Source of the DNA: Octopus vulgaris
Taxonomy: Eukaryota
Direction: 5' to 3'
Length of the DNA: 64,000 nucleotides
Assembly: GCA_951406725.2 (NCBI GenBank)
Contig: OX597839.1
Span: 17,980,001-18,044,000 of the forward strand
Positions 12,946-25,530 of the stretch are shown piece after piece. Under the pieces are notes generated by a model. It was not told where the DNA came from. It ran no database searches and saw only the letters and a program-made list of their open reading frames with translations. The stretch's first letter is position 1, and the number at the start of each line of letters is the position of its first letter. The translations under genes and the position numbers were made by a program.

Positions 12946-14457
12946 CTTAAAGCTAAAACATACAAATCCAGACTTAATCCTATCATATAAGCTTTCTGCT
13001 TAAGGTCAATTAAATTAAAACCTTCCATCAAAACTTCATATTAATTGATGTTCTAAAACAATAATAAATGCTTAATAAATGACAAAATTATTTTACTAAG
13101 TTCTTCTTCACTTTCAAAATTAATTGAAATAAAAGCAATATATTTCAATGCAAATTTGGTAAGAAAAGGGTTCAAGGAATTGTTAGAGCTAGTTCTGGCC
13201 CTCTGTTTTGAATCCTTAAGTAGTAGGTTCAATCTATCTTTCAGCTTCACACCACCACCTGGTCTTTGTATGAATTTAGTGGAATTCACTCTGTTGTAAA
13301 CATTTGGGCTGAGTCTCTTGTTTGAAGACAACTTTCTCTGTTCCTCCTTCCAGTCTTTAATTTATTTCCAGAGTCACCTCTCCCCCAGGAGGCATTTCGA
13401 AAAAGTAAAATTCTGTGGTAGAAGACAGGATCCAGGAAAGGGAGAATTCTGGTTTAAGCACCCCATATAACCCCTTAAATTTATATTTTTTGGAATTTTC
13501 TAAAAATTTTTGTGAATTTGTGTTCTACACATGGGAATTCCTAAGATTATGAATAGTCCCACCCATGCCAGCATGGAAAGCAGAAGTTAAACGATGATGA
13601 TAATGATGATGAAAAATAAAAAATATTTTTGTGTGACTGAAGGGTGATTTAGCAGTTGTTTTAGCATATCTTACGACCCGCTTCTTTGTTGCTCTGACAT
13701 GTTTTCCAATATCTTTATCCCCATAAACACATTTAATAGTCCACTGCTGGGATTTAAGTCAAAAATTTGGACTGTTTGTATTTTAAACTCCGATTTAAAA
13801 ACAAAATTTGAAAAGGAGTGGAAATTTTAGGATTTACGCTGGGTGGGGAGGTTTTAAAAATTTCTTAAAAACATTTGGGGCAAGTTTCTGGTTTGAAGAC
13901 AACTTTCTCTGTTCCGTCTTCCAGTCTTTAATTCATTTCCTGAGTCACCCCTCTCCCAGGAAGCACTCTGAAGAAGTAAGAGTCCAAGAGCATTGCCATT
14001 TCTTCCTTGATAAAGCAGTAAGGCAAAAAGTAAAAGTTTTTCCCAAACCCTGCTTCTGAACAGCTGTTTGCAACACAGACCATCCCCAGTTTCTTCAGAT
14101 TCTTGATTTTATCATACGTTAACCTGGAAATATATCTCTCCTTCTTTATGATAGTAGGATCTGATTTAAGAAAGATTTGATTGCTATTTCTAGCTTGTCA
14201 AGTGACCACATAGGAGCTACCAATCTCTCTCTATGTCAGCATAGTTTGTAACTTAAGGCAGCAAATTGATAAAGTAATTAAAATGTCTGATAGACTGCCT
14301 GGCAATTATTCATGCCAACTCTTTGTGTCTCGAGTTCAAATCCCACCAAGATCAACTATGCTTTTCAGGGTCAGTAAGAGGAAGAGGGAGTGGCTGAAAA
14401 AAACTGGAAGGAAGAGTGAAGTTATCTTCAAACCAGACACTTGACTCAAATACTAGC

Positions 14458-14850
14458 AGGCGCAGGAATGGCTGTGTGGTAAGTAGCTTGTTTACCAACC
14501 ACATGGTTCCGGGTTCAGTTCCACTGCATGGCACCTTGGGCAAGTGTCTTCTACTATAGCCTCAGGCCAACCAAAGCCTTGTGAGTGGATTTGGTAGACG
14601 GAAACTGAAAGAAGCCTGTCGTATATATGTATATATATGTGTGTGTGCGTATATGTTTGTGTTTGTCCCCTTAGCATTGCTTGACAACCGATGCTGGTGT
14701 GTTTATGTCCCCGTCACTTAGCGGTTCGGCAAAAGAGACCGATGGAATAAGTACTGGGCTTACAAAGAATAAGTCCCGGGGTCGAGTTGCTCGATTAAAG
14801 GCGGTGCTCCAGCATGGCCACAGTCAAATGACTGAAACAAGTAAAAGAAG
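14458..14850 (+). mobile_element. tRNA-derived SINE, family A, full length and young
   Basis: GGCGCAGGAATGGCTGTGTGGTAAG ... GGCGGTGCTCCAGCATGGCCACAGTCAAATGACTGAAACAAGTAAAAG. Confidence 0.9.
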
Positions 14851-15222
14851 AAAAAAAAGCAAACTTGATTAAATGCATTGAAAGACCAGATAAGAGAAAC
14901 AACAGAGAGAATCCTCCAATCTCTCCTCCTGCCTCACTATGTGTGTGTGTCCCACTGTGCAATGGGACAGACCCCAAACCAGGTGGTTGCAAAGTGAGCT
15001 CCTGTTTCTTTCTCTTTCTGTCTGAAAGAAATCGGCTAAGATCAGCCCCACAGTGGCATGGATTCCACAAGGATTAGAACCCCAAGTTGGGCTGAATATC
15101 ACAAAAGTGTTTCTATGACTACATTGGGAGTTTTAAAAGTACAAGGAAAGAAGGAAGTTTGAAAGTGCTTCAATGTTGTATCAAACAAAAGACTTTAGAG
15201 AGGGAGGGAGAGAGAGAGAGGG

Positions 15223-15253
<31 letters not shown>

Positions 15254-15863
15254 GAGCAAAAACGAAAATGAAAGAAGTTTCTGTAATTCATATTAATTTA
15301 AAAATAATGAATTCATTTATTTGATTCTCAGGAAATCCATTCAGAGCTTAGTATTGGTTTTAAAGATCTTGCCTACAAAAATCAGTAATATTTACTCCAA
15401 ATCTCTTTTTTTTTCATGTGATTTTCTTTCTATCTTCTTTCTTATTTTCGATTTCTATTTTATTTTGTAACTTTTTTTCGTGGGGTGGATGGTGAACAAA
15501 AGCTAACATACATCTCATTATAACTTTGTTCAAGTTGCTTTAGTATCTTGAAACCAGTTTATTTTTCAACTTCTGACATTTCACATTAGTGTTGTTGGTT
15601 GATTCGTGGTTCATGGTTTGTTCATCTTTCCTGTACCATACACATGCACGCACACTACCCTCTTTTGCTCTCTCTCTCTCTTCACACACCATCTGCTACC
15701 ACCACCACCACCACCCCTCCCTCCCTCCCTCCCAAGTTCTGACCTTCTGAAAGATCAAAATTGCTTGACCTCTACTTTTCTAAAGTCAACTTCTCAGACA
15801 TCTATAATATTTTACCTAATTAGGTTTCAGTTATTTCCACCACCACCCTTTTCCAACTCAATA

Positions 15864-15898
<35 letters not shown>

Positions 15899-16007
15899 GT
15901 ATATCCATACATAAATACATATATATGCACACACAAACACACATATATATCTAAACATACAGATCTTGTATACATACATATATACATGTGTATGTATATA
16001 TATATAT

Positions 16008-16517
16008 ATGCGCGAACGTGTGAGTGCGCATGCGCGAAGGTGTGAGTGCGCATGCGCGAACGTGTAAGTGCGCATGCGTGAACGTGTAAGTGCGCATGCG
16101 TGAGCATGTTCGTGTGTATGCGCGAACGTTTAAGTGCGCATGCGCGAACGTTTTCGTGCGCGCATGCGCGAACGTTTTCGTGCGCATGCGCAAACGTTTT
16201 CGTGCGCATGCGCGAACGTTTTCGTGCGCATGCGCGAACGTTTTCGTGCGTGTGCATGCGCATGCGCGTACGTGTACGTGCGTATGCGCGAACGTGAGCT
16301 TGCGCATGCGCGGTCGTGTAAGTGCGCATGCGCGAACATGTTCGTGCGCATGCGCGAACGTTTAAGTGTGCATGCGCGAACGTGTAAGTGCGCATGCGCG
16401 AACATGTTCGTGCGCATGCGCGAACGTGTGCGTGCGCATGCGCGAACATTTAAGTGCGCATGCGCGCACGTTCAAGTACGCATGCACGCACGTTCAAGTG
16501 CGCATGCGCGAACGTGT
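16008..16517. repeat. 22-bp CpG-rich minisatellite, block 1 (~23 units of GTGCGCATGCGCGAAC-N6)
   Basis: Direct reading. Conserved 16-bp core with variable hexamers (GTGTAA, GTTTTC, ATGTTC, GTTTAA, GTGTGA). Confidence 0.95.
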
Positions 16518-16527
16518 AGAGGTGTGT

Positions 16528-16698
16528 TTAACCCTTTCGATACCAACCCGGCTGAAACTGCCTCTGACTCTGTAGTACAAATGATTTGTTTTCATAAGTT
16601 TTGAATTAAAATCTTCCACTAAACCTTTGTCATGTTCCTAACACTAGCTTAACGATAACTAAGTTATTTTACTAAATTCTTTGTTATATTGTTATATT
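16528..16698. mobile_element. Truncated TTAA-type (piggyBac-like) MITE splitting the minisatellite
   Basis: Starts TTAACCCTTT. The body resembles 12974-13174 and 27850-27920 (AAAATCTTCCA..TTATTTTACTAA). Confidence 0.55.
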
Positions 16699-16700
16699 TA

Positions 16701-17036
16701 CGTGTGCGTGCGCATGCGCGAACGTGTGAGTGCGCATGCGCGTACTTGTGCGTACGCATGCGCGAACGTGTAAGTGCGCATGCGCGAACTTGTGCCTGCG
16801 TATGCGCGAACTTGTGCGTGCGCATGCGCGAACGTGTAGGTGCGCATGCGCCAATGTTTGTTTGCGCATGCGCGAACATGAGCCTGCGCAAACGTGTAAG
16901 GGCGCATGCGCGAACATGTTCGTGCGCATGCACGTACCTGTGCGTGCGCATGCGCGAACGTGAGCTTGCGCATGCGCGTACGTGTATATGCACGTGTGCG
17001 TGCGCATGTGCGAACGTTTGCTTGCGCATGCGCGTC
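16701..17036. repeat. 22-bp CpG-rich minisatellite, block 2 (~15 units)
   Basis: Same unit and orientation as block 1, somewhat more diverged. Confidence 0.95.
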
Positions 17037-17317
17037 GTGTCCGTTACCAGCCTCGCCTGGCCCCCGTACCGGTGGCACGTAAAAGCACCATCCGTTCGTG
17101 GCCGTTTGCCAGCTCCGTCTGGCATCTGTGCAGGTGGCACGCAAAAAGCACCCACTACACTCACGGAGTGGTTGGCGTTAGGAAGAGCATCCAGCTGTAG
17201 AAACACTGCCAGATCAGACTGGGCCTGATGCGACCTTCCGGCTTCACAGACCCCAGTTGAACCGTCCAACCCATGCTAGCATGGAAAGCGGACGCTAAAT
17301 GATGATGATGATGATGA
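17037..17317 (+). mobile_element. RTE LINE 3' UTR fragment with (GAT)n tail
   Basis: Matches 18850-19110. Confidence 0.85.
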
Positions 17318-17960
17318 TATATATGTATATATGTATATATATATATATATATACATGCATACACATATACATGTTTCTATGTGTGTGTATATATATATAA
17401 ATATACACATAAAATCATCATCACTTAACATACCTTTTTCCATGCTAGCATGGGTTGGACTATATACATATGTATGTAGGTATGTACATATGTATATATT
17501 CGTTGGGCACAGCTGGTTAACTGGCTGATTGTCATCTAAAATACCCCTTGAGGAATGCAAGATCAGACAAGTTTTCTTTTGCCATTGGTATTTAAGGTAT
17601 TGATTAATGAAATATCACCATCAATTTTCCGGAGACCGAAGCATACAGAGAGGAGAGCAGAAGACAAAAATGATGCATCATTTTCTCATTATTCAGTGAA
17701 AATCCTGGAAACCTGAAACCTGAGTAACATCAAGATATCAATCTCTGAAGGAGGGGCTTCACAGGAAGGGACAGAATTTCTATGTAGGTGATGAACATAT
17801 ACGTATACGAGTATATGTATGTGCATATATCAATATCTATCTATATATATATAAAATGTATGTATGAGCATATATATAAATGTACATATATACGATTATA
17901 ATAATATACTTATATATAATAATATAAATAATATACATATATATATATAATATAAACATG

Positions 17961-18002
<42 letters not shown>

Positions 18003-18039
18003 GACATATATATACACACACACACACACACACATATAT

Positions 18040-18086
<47 letters not shown>

Positions 18087-18097
18087 TACACATATAT

Positions 18098-19110
18098 AGA
18101 AATAGTTGATAGCTTCCGTTACCTAGATGACCAAGTCAGTAGCGGGGGCGGGTGTGCTGAAAGTGTAGCTGCTAGAGTAAGAATAGCCTGGGCAAAGTTC
18201 AGAGAGCTCTTACCTCTGTTGGTGACAAAAGGCCTCTCGCTCAGAGTAAAAGGCAGACTGCATGACGCATGTGTACGTACAGCCATGCTACATGGCAGTG
18301 AAACATGGGCTGTGACTGCTGAGGATATGCGTAAGCTCGCAAGAAATGAAGCCAGTATGCTCCAATGGATGTGTAATGTCAGTGTTCATACTCGACAGAG
18401 TGTAAGTACCTTGAGAGAAAAGTTGGACCTACGAAGCATCAGTTGTGGTGTGCAAGAGAGACGTTTGCGCTGGTATGGACATGTGGCAAGAATGGATGAA
18501 GATAGTTGTATGAAAAAGTGCCACACCCTAGCAGATGAGGGATCCTGTGGAAGAGGTAGACACAGGAAAACCTGGGATAAGGTGGTGAAGCACGACCTTC
18601 GAACTTTAGCTCTCACCAAGGAAATGACTAAAGACCGAGATCTATGGAAGTATGCTGTGCGTGAGATGACCCGGCAGGACTAGTGAGACCATAACCTGTG
18701 GCTTCTACCTGGGATGTAGCTGGTCCACTTATGCATACCTTTCCTTCTTGGGACACAAAACTCTACTTGTGAAGACCTGTTGAGGCAAGTGAGAATCAGA
18801 ATCGAAATCGAAATCGATCAACATCAATGGAAATTGTAGCTGTGATACCAGTGCCGGTGGTACATAAAAAGCACCATCCGATCGTGACCGTTTGCCAGCC
18901 TCGTCTGGCACCTGTGTCGGCGGCATGTAAAAAGCACCCACTACACTCACGGAGTGGTTGGCGTTAGGGAGGGCATCCAGCCGTAAAAACATTGCCAGAT
19001 CAGACAGGGCCTGGCGCAGCCTTCTGGCTTCCCAGACCCCAGTTGAACCATCCAACCCATGCTAGCATGGAAAACGGACGCTAAACGATGATGATAATGA
19101 TGATGATGAT
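18098..19110 (+). mobile_element. 5'-truncated RTE-clade LINE: ORF C-terminus (18098-18683), 3' UTR and (GAT)n tail
   Basis: Open frame EIVDSFRYLDD..RIAWAKFREL..MLHGSETWAVT..RRLRWYGHVARM..GRGRHRKTW..DRDLWK, typical of the RTE C-terminal region. Confidence 0.9.
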
Positions 19111-20542
19111 ATAATTATATATACATACACACACACACACACACATATATATACATACACACACATATATATATATATACACACACACATATATATACAC
19201 ATATATATATACACTCATATATATATATACACACACATATATATATGCACACATATATATACACACACACACACACATATATAACCACATACTCAAGCAC
19301 ACGCGCATACACACAAAATGAACACAACCTGACACACATCTCCACGTTCACACACACAACCTGACACACGTTCTCACACGCACATACATACGCACACCCA
19401 CATACCAGCACAGATGCCCACATATACCTCCAACAAACAATACTCATACAGATATACAGACATGGGCACAAATACACACGCACATAAGCATACACGCACG
19501 CACATTACGCCTACACAACTCCAACCCCCCCCACACACAAATTCACATACATACACACAATATATGCTTACACGTGCATACACATACGCATACACATATA
19601 GACACAGACACACACACACCCAACACTCACGTATACACACCCACATACGCTTACACACACACATCTACACGCACATACAACACGCACGCATATACATACA
19701 CACACAAATGAACCCACACATACATCCCATACACGCAGCACACAATTATACATACATGTGTACACACATACGCACGTACAAGCACACATACACACACGAA
19801 CACACATACACACACTACAAACAAAACACACAACACAATACATATACGCACACACACACACATACTTCAAACTAGCAGTACCTCTCACATGGGTAGACAC
19901 AAGAGCCACCCTTAATTCCTTCTTCCTTGACCTTAAACAATACTAAGCCTTACAACACACAGATTTACAGCCACAACCACACACACAAACACGTGTTATC
20001 ATTGCACACATACACACACACGTAGATCTTCGCGCACGCACATACCTCCTCTTGCACTCTCCTGTTTTTGAAAGAACTTTTTTCACCCATTTCCTTCCGG
20101 TCATTCAAAATTGTGCCCGCGTGTTTACCATTGACGATTATTTTTCCTCCGTCTTCCCTTCTCTGGATCTTTTCTTCTCCTATGTTTCCGACGTAAAACC
20201 CTCCTTCTTCTCTTCCTTCCTGAGCGTCCAATAATACTATATTTGTTCCACGTCCTCGCATTGTTGTGTTTTCATGTTTGGATTAACTTTATATACCGCA
20301 CGCTCACACGGACCCCGGCCTTCCGACTGCCTTGAATAACCAATTCCTGGATTTTTACACCTACGGATTACTGTTACCATTCATCCGGAGTACGCCACTG
20401 TAATCGTGATTGGAAATCAAAAAAGTTTGTCCGCGACTCTCCCACTTTTTCCTTGTCCTCTTTTTACCTTTCTTCTTCTACTTCCACTTTTCCACTTGTG
20501 TCGCCACCACTTACACCTACACAGACATTCACTACTTCTCAA

Positions 20543-22300
20543 CATGCCTGACTTACACTCGTTCCAACAACACCTTCAATCCCTTCTTTGCCGTTTTCTT
20601 GCTTTTTGCCCCCCTCAATGCTTGCAACCCGCAAAAAAACTTTCTCAATTAGTTTTTAAAAAAACTCGCCACTCTAGTCATCTCTCCTTTCTTAGCCGTT
20701 GCCTCCACCATCACGTCATACCCCGTGGCTTCCTCTTGAAGTTCCACGCCACCCCCTATTCCTCCCCTCTCATCGAACCCACCCTCGCCCGCACCTCCCG
20801 CCTCCTCATCCGTGCCACCATCCGTTCCACCCGCTCTCTCCTTTACTCTCTTGACCACCAACTTCCCCAGGCTTACCTCCTCCTCTTCTCCCTCTGCCCT
20901 CCACTCTTCACCCAACCCATTCTCCGCTTCATTCTTAATCTCAACCACCAACTCCACAATTTCCTCACACACACAAAAAACAAAAAACTCTACCACCTCC
21001 TCAACCCTTCACCTCCCACATCCCCTACACCCTCCCCTCCAGCTCCCCCGACCCCCTCCAATCCCGCACCCACCATGCCCGGCACCCTCCACAGACCCAC
21101 ACACACCCCACCCTGACTTTCCTACCCCTACCCCATCTTCACCCAACCATTCAAACCCTCCTCCCCACACCTCTGCACCCCAACTTCCTGACCCCACTCA
21201 TCCCACCACCCTGCTCCCTCGCACTGTTGTTACTATACCCCCAATCTCCCCCTCTCCGCTGCCGAGCGCTCTCTCCTCAGTAGGGGACTCCGCCACTGCG
21301 ACGAATTTGAGACCCGCGCCGACGTCAACCAGTTCCTGCACCGCATCAAACTTGGCACCTTTTTCCACACGTCCACACAACGTCACAACAATCAGGATTG
21401 CTTTTCTGAGCTAGGGCGCCACCCATCCAACTGGACGCCACCTCCAGGCCAATTCAGTAGCCTAGATTTGTTCGTGCAATGCGTTGGTCAACCGATTCGA
21501 TTTCAAAAAAAGATCTCTCCGAGTCAACCTCACTCGTGCTGAATCGATTGCCCTTCGCAACCTTCATCGCCGCAATGACATTGTCATCAAACCGGCAGAC
21601 AAAGGCGGAGCAGTGGTGGTGTGGCGCGCGGACCTATACAGGGAGGAAGCGCTCAGCCAGCTTCAAAATCCCCTCTTCTATCGCCTCCTACCAACAGCGA
21701 GTGTCCTCCACCATCCACGACCTCATCTCCTCTTCTGCTCTCCCCCCCCCCACCGCCACCAACCTCATCGTCCGTACACCCCAGACCTCCACCATCTATT
21801 TCCTTCCCAAAATCGTTTCTGCCTGTAATTGTCCCACCGAACTCATTTCCCTATACCTTGACCGCATCCTGTCCCCTTTAGTTGCTGCCCTCCCATCCCA
21901 CATACATGACACTAACCACGCCCTTCGTCTCTTCAATTCCTTTTCCTTCCCTCCCAGCCCCTCACACCTCCTCTTCACCTTAGACATCAAATCCCTTTAC
22001 ACTGTGATTCCCCACAACGACGGTCTCTTAGACCTCCAATACTTCCTCGACCGTCGCCCTGACCCCACACCCAGCACCCCCACCCTTCTCCGCCTGGCAG
22101 AGCTCATCCTCACCCTCAACTAAGGGATGTTCGGCGAGGTTCCAACTCTGGCCAACCATTCCCCCGGTGACATCTCTGTGTTTGGTCTAGCCCCACACAA
22201 CGGACCCCACAATCCAGGCTTCACCTGGAACAACGATTTATATTTAATTTACGGACTCATATCCCGCACGGACTTAACACAGCCCCCTCCTCTTAGTGAC
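20543..22300 (+). pseudogene. Penelope-like RT/GIY-YIG ORF, disrupted
   Basis: Several frameshifts. The RT breaks off at LAELILTLN (22120) and jumps to the end of the endonuclease, so the catalytic RT motifs and the GIY-YIG core are missing. Confidence 0.85.
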
Positions 22301-23500
22301 TGCTTCTACACCCGCCGCAACAAGTAAATTTATTCTTATTATTTCTTCTTTCTTCTCTTTTTTTCATTTTCTTTCCTTACGTGCAATTACGTCTTTTTTA
22401 TTGTTTTATAATTTTTTTGTTTTTTTATTGATTATAATTTTATTGTTTTTATACACGAACACATACTCACGTACCCACGAACACACACATACATATATAC
22501 TTCCACACACATACACACACGCATACATACACATATACGCACACCCACATACACCCACACACAGGAATGCACAGAAACCTATCCCACCCAACTCCACGCA
22601 CACACAGACACACATACCTTTAGACACACACAACCACATACATGCACATACTCAAGCACACGCGCATACACACAACCTGACACACATCTCCATGTTCACA
22701 CACACAACCTGACACATGTCTCTACGTTCTCACACACATTTACACACGCATGCACATACGTATGCACATGATACACGCACACACACATACACACGTACAT
22801 ACACACACACCAGCACAGATGCCCACATATACCTCCAACAAACAATACTCATACAGATACGCACACAATTATACACACATACACACACACACATTTTGCC
22901 TACACAACTCCAACCCCCCCACACACACACACACACGCATACATAAATTCACATACACCTATACATATACATACACACGATATATACCTACACGCGCACA
23001 CACACAAACATACGTATACACATATAGACACAGACTCACACACACGCACACGAATACACGCACCCAACACTCACAACCCCACGGATACACGTATATACAC
23101 CCACATACGCTTACACACATACATACATGCGCATACGACATGCACACACACACAAATGAACCCACACATACATCCCATACACACAGCACACAATTATACA
23201 TACACACAAAATTATACATACATGTATACACACATATGCACGTACAAGCACACACAAACTCTACGCATACACACACAAACACACACACGTGTTATCATTG
23301 CACACATACACACACACATGCACACCTTCGCGCATGCACATATCCACCCTTACACACACATACCTCCTCTTGCACTCTCCTGTCTTTGAAAGAACTTTTT
23401 TCACCCATTTCCTTCCGGTCATTCAAAATGTAACCGCGTGTGTACCGTTGGCGATTTTTTGTCTTCCGTCTTCCCTTCTCTGGATCTTTCCTTCTCCTAT

Positions 23501-23535
23501 GTTTCTGACGAAGAGCTCTGCTCGAAACGTTAAAC
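23501..23535 (+). ncRNA. Minimal type I hammerhead ribozyme in the right pLTR
   Basis: GTTT-CTGACGA-A-GAGC TCT GCTC-GAAA-CGT-T-AAAC. Intact core, 4-bp stem II, palindromic ACGT stem III and GTTT/AAAC stem I. Confidence 0.8.
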
Positions 23536-23937
23536 CCTCCTTCTTCTCTTCCTACTTGAGCGTCCAATAATACTATATTTGTTCCACGTCCTCGCGTTGT
23601 TGTGTTTTCATGTTTGGATTAACTATATATATATATATATACACACATACGATAAACTTATATCCGATGAAGTATACAGATATATACGTATATACACTCA
23701 ATCACATATACATAAATATACATGTATACATATATATTGATATATTCTTACACAAAGCCACAGCTACATATATACAGTCCTACCTAATATATATACACAT
23801 ACATTTATACATCAATATACACAAACACATACATATCCATATATTTATATACATTTATGTCTACAATTGAAAAAATAAACTAATTATAAGTTAAATAATT
23901 ATAAATACACAACACGTTCATTAAATAAATAAACGAG

Positions 23938-24640
23938 AACCTATCAAACTAATGTAATCACTAACCAATCATTAAAATAGATTTAAGTATCTCATACTTT
24001 GTATAAGTAGTATTACTGGCCTTATGGCCCAGGGGATAAGGGTGGTTGGTGACAAACAAGACAGTGGGGTAGATGGAGGGTTCAGGTAGAGTTTAATTTA
24101 ATTTTTTTCTGTAAATGGAGAAAGGGGGAAAAAAAAAACCTTTACAAAGAGCCTCAGGCCAAGATTGAACCTTTGTTAAAGAGGTTCAGGTGTTGCTGTA
24201 TCCATGTCTTTACCCACAAAACCATTGAGACACCAGCATTTGAAAATAATATATTTAAACCTATCAAACTAATATAATTACTAACCAATCAAGGCAGTAG
24301 GGTAGATGGATAGAGGGTTCAGTCTCAGGTAGGGACTGTGATATGATTTTATTTTTGTTTTTCTGTAAATGGAGAAGGGAGGGGAAAAAAAAAAACCATT
24401 GACTACTTTTACAAAGATTGAACCTTTGTTAAAGAGGCTCATGTGTTGTGGTGTCCATGACTTTACCCACAAGACCATTGAGACAACAGCAATTACTAGT
24501 GTGAAAATGATGTATTTAAACCTATCAAAAGAAAAAAAAAACAATCACTATGGGCCAAGATTGATCCTTTGTCCAAGAGGTACATGAGTTGATATGTCTC
24601 TATGTCTTTACCCACAGGACTATTAAGACAATACAAGCAC
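23938..24640. repeat. Degenerate tandem triplication (~260-320 bp units)
   Basis: AACCTATCAAA..CAAGATTGAACCTTTGTTAAAGAGG..CTTTACCCACA..ATTGAGACA recurs from about 23938, 24258 and 24518. Confidence 0.75.
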
Positions 24641-24902
24641 CAACAATTTGACCTCTTTGAAAGTCCAACAGATGTCATTTTAATTACCTTTTTCTGATGA
24701 TATCTGAAAAGAAACATTTATAAATTTTTATATATATATATATATTAAGGTATGTAGAAAAAAACAACATGGACAAGAACGTATAACTCTTAGAAGACGA
24801 CACAATAAACAAGGACAGGACATTCGAAACCCTCAGTCTTCAGTCAAGAACCGGATCATCGTAGTAATTTCGGCTGATTATATATATATATATATTTTTT
24901 TT

Positions 24903-25530
24903 TTTAATATAATATATAATATAATGAAATTATTGTATACAGTGCTCAGGTGCACCACAACTTGTCAGAAAGTGCATATAAAGTACATGCAGTAATGTAG
25001 AAATGTCTGGAAAGTGAACATGCTTGTGTGTGTATGGAGGGGAGAAAATCAAGTGTAGTGTTGGCGAATCTCAGGAAGCATGGAAGTCTTGAAGGATGCA
25101 GTGCTCCGACAACTAACAACCGATGCCGGCAGTTTGTTCCATGCTTCAGCAACTCTCAGCGTGAAAAAATGTTTCCTGAAGTCATAGGAGCTGTGCTGTT
25201 TTCTTACTTTGTAAATATGTCCACGGGTGTTAGATGGGTGGAGTTTGAAGAGGTGCTCAGTGTTATTGTTTGTGCGATGGTTGATAATTTTATGGGTGTC
25301 TGCCAGGTCAGCTGCCAGACGTCGGAGTTTCAATGTGTCCATGCCCAGGAAAGTAAGGCGTTCAGGATATGGCAAATGCCTGATGGAGGGTATTCTTTTG
25401 GTTGCACGTCGCTGAACAGCTTCCAGACGATTGATGTCCTGGGCAAGATAGGGGTTCCAGACCGGTGATGCAAATTCCAGGTGAGGTCTTACCATAGCTA
25501 TATAAAGCCGCAGATAGATAGCCGGAGAGC
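24903..25530 (-). mobile_element. 5'-truncated CR1/L2-group LINE: ORF2 C-terminus and 3' UTR
   Basis: Open frame LYIAMVRPHLEFASPVWNPY..LEAVQRRATKRI..YPERL..NTRGH..RKHFFTLRVAEAWNKLP. Flanked by (TA)n. Confidence 0.9.

Larger units (their letters stand above)
19283..23624 (+). mobile_element. Penelope-like retroelement (internally deleted, frameshifted) with two direct pLTRs
   Basis: Direct repeats at about 19283-20292 and 22632-23624. ORF pieces include SHLSFLSRCLHHHVIPRGF, NDIVIKPADKGGAVVVW, FTLDIKSLYTVIPHNDGL, and a GIY-YIG C-terminal remnant (ANHSPGDISVFGL..HLEQRFIFNLRT..PHGLN). Carries a hammerhead in the right pLTR. Confidence 0.9.

Noticed and set aside
14458-14530. tRNA genes at SINE heads
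   Set aside because: A/B boxes are present but there is no complete cloverleaf, and the sequence continues into SINE bodies.
15332-15384. Possible FoxJ exon (EIHSELSIGFKDLAYKN)
   Set aside because: Weak donor (CA|GTAATA), only vague similarity, and that frame ends in a phase incompatible with the 26917 exon.
16008-17036. CRISPR-like repeat-spacer appearance and the AHAH/MRMR ORFs
   Set aside because: The variable parts are only 6 bp and recur, there are no cas genes, and the context is eukaryotic. The ORFs are by-products of the repeat.
24815-24855. Hammerhead-like CTGAAGA..CGAATGTC on the minus strand
   Set aside because: Lacks GAAA and a convincing stem II/III.
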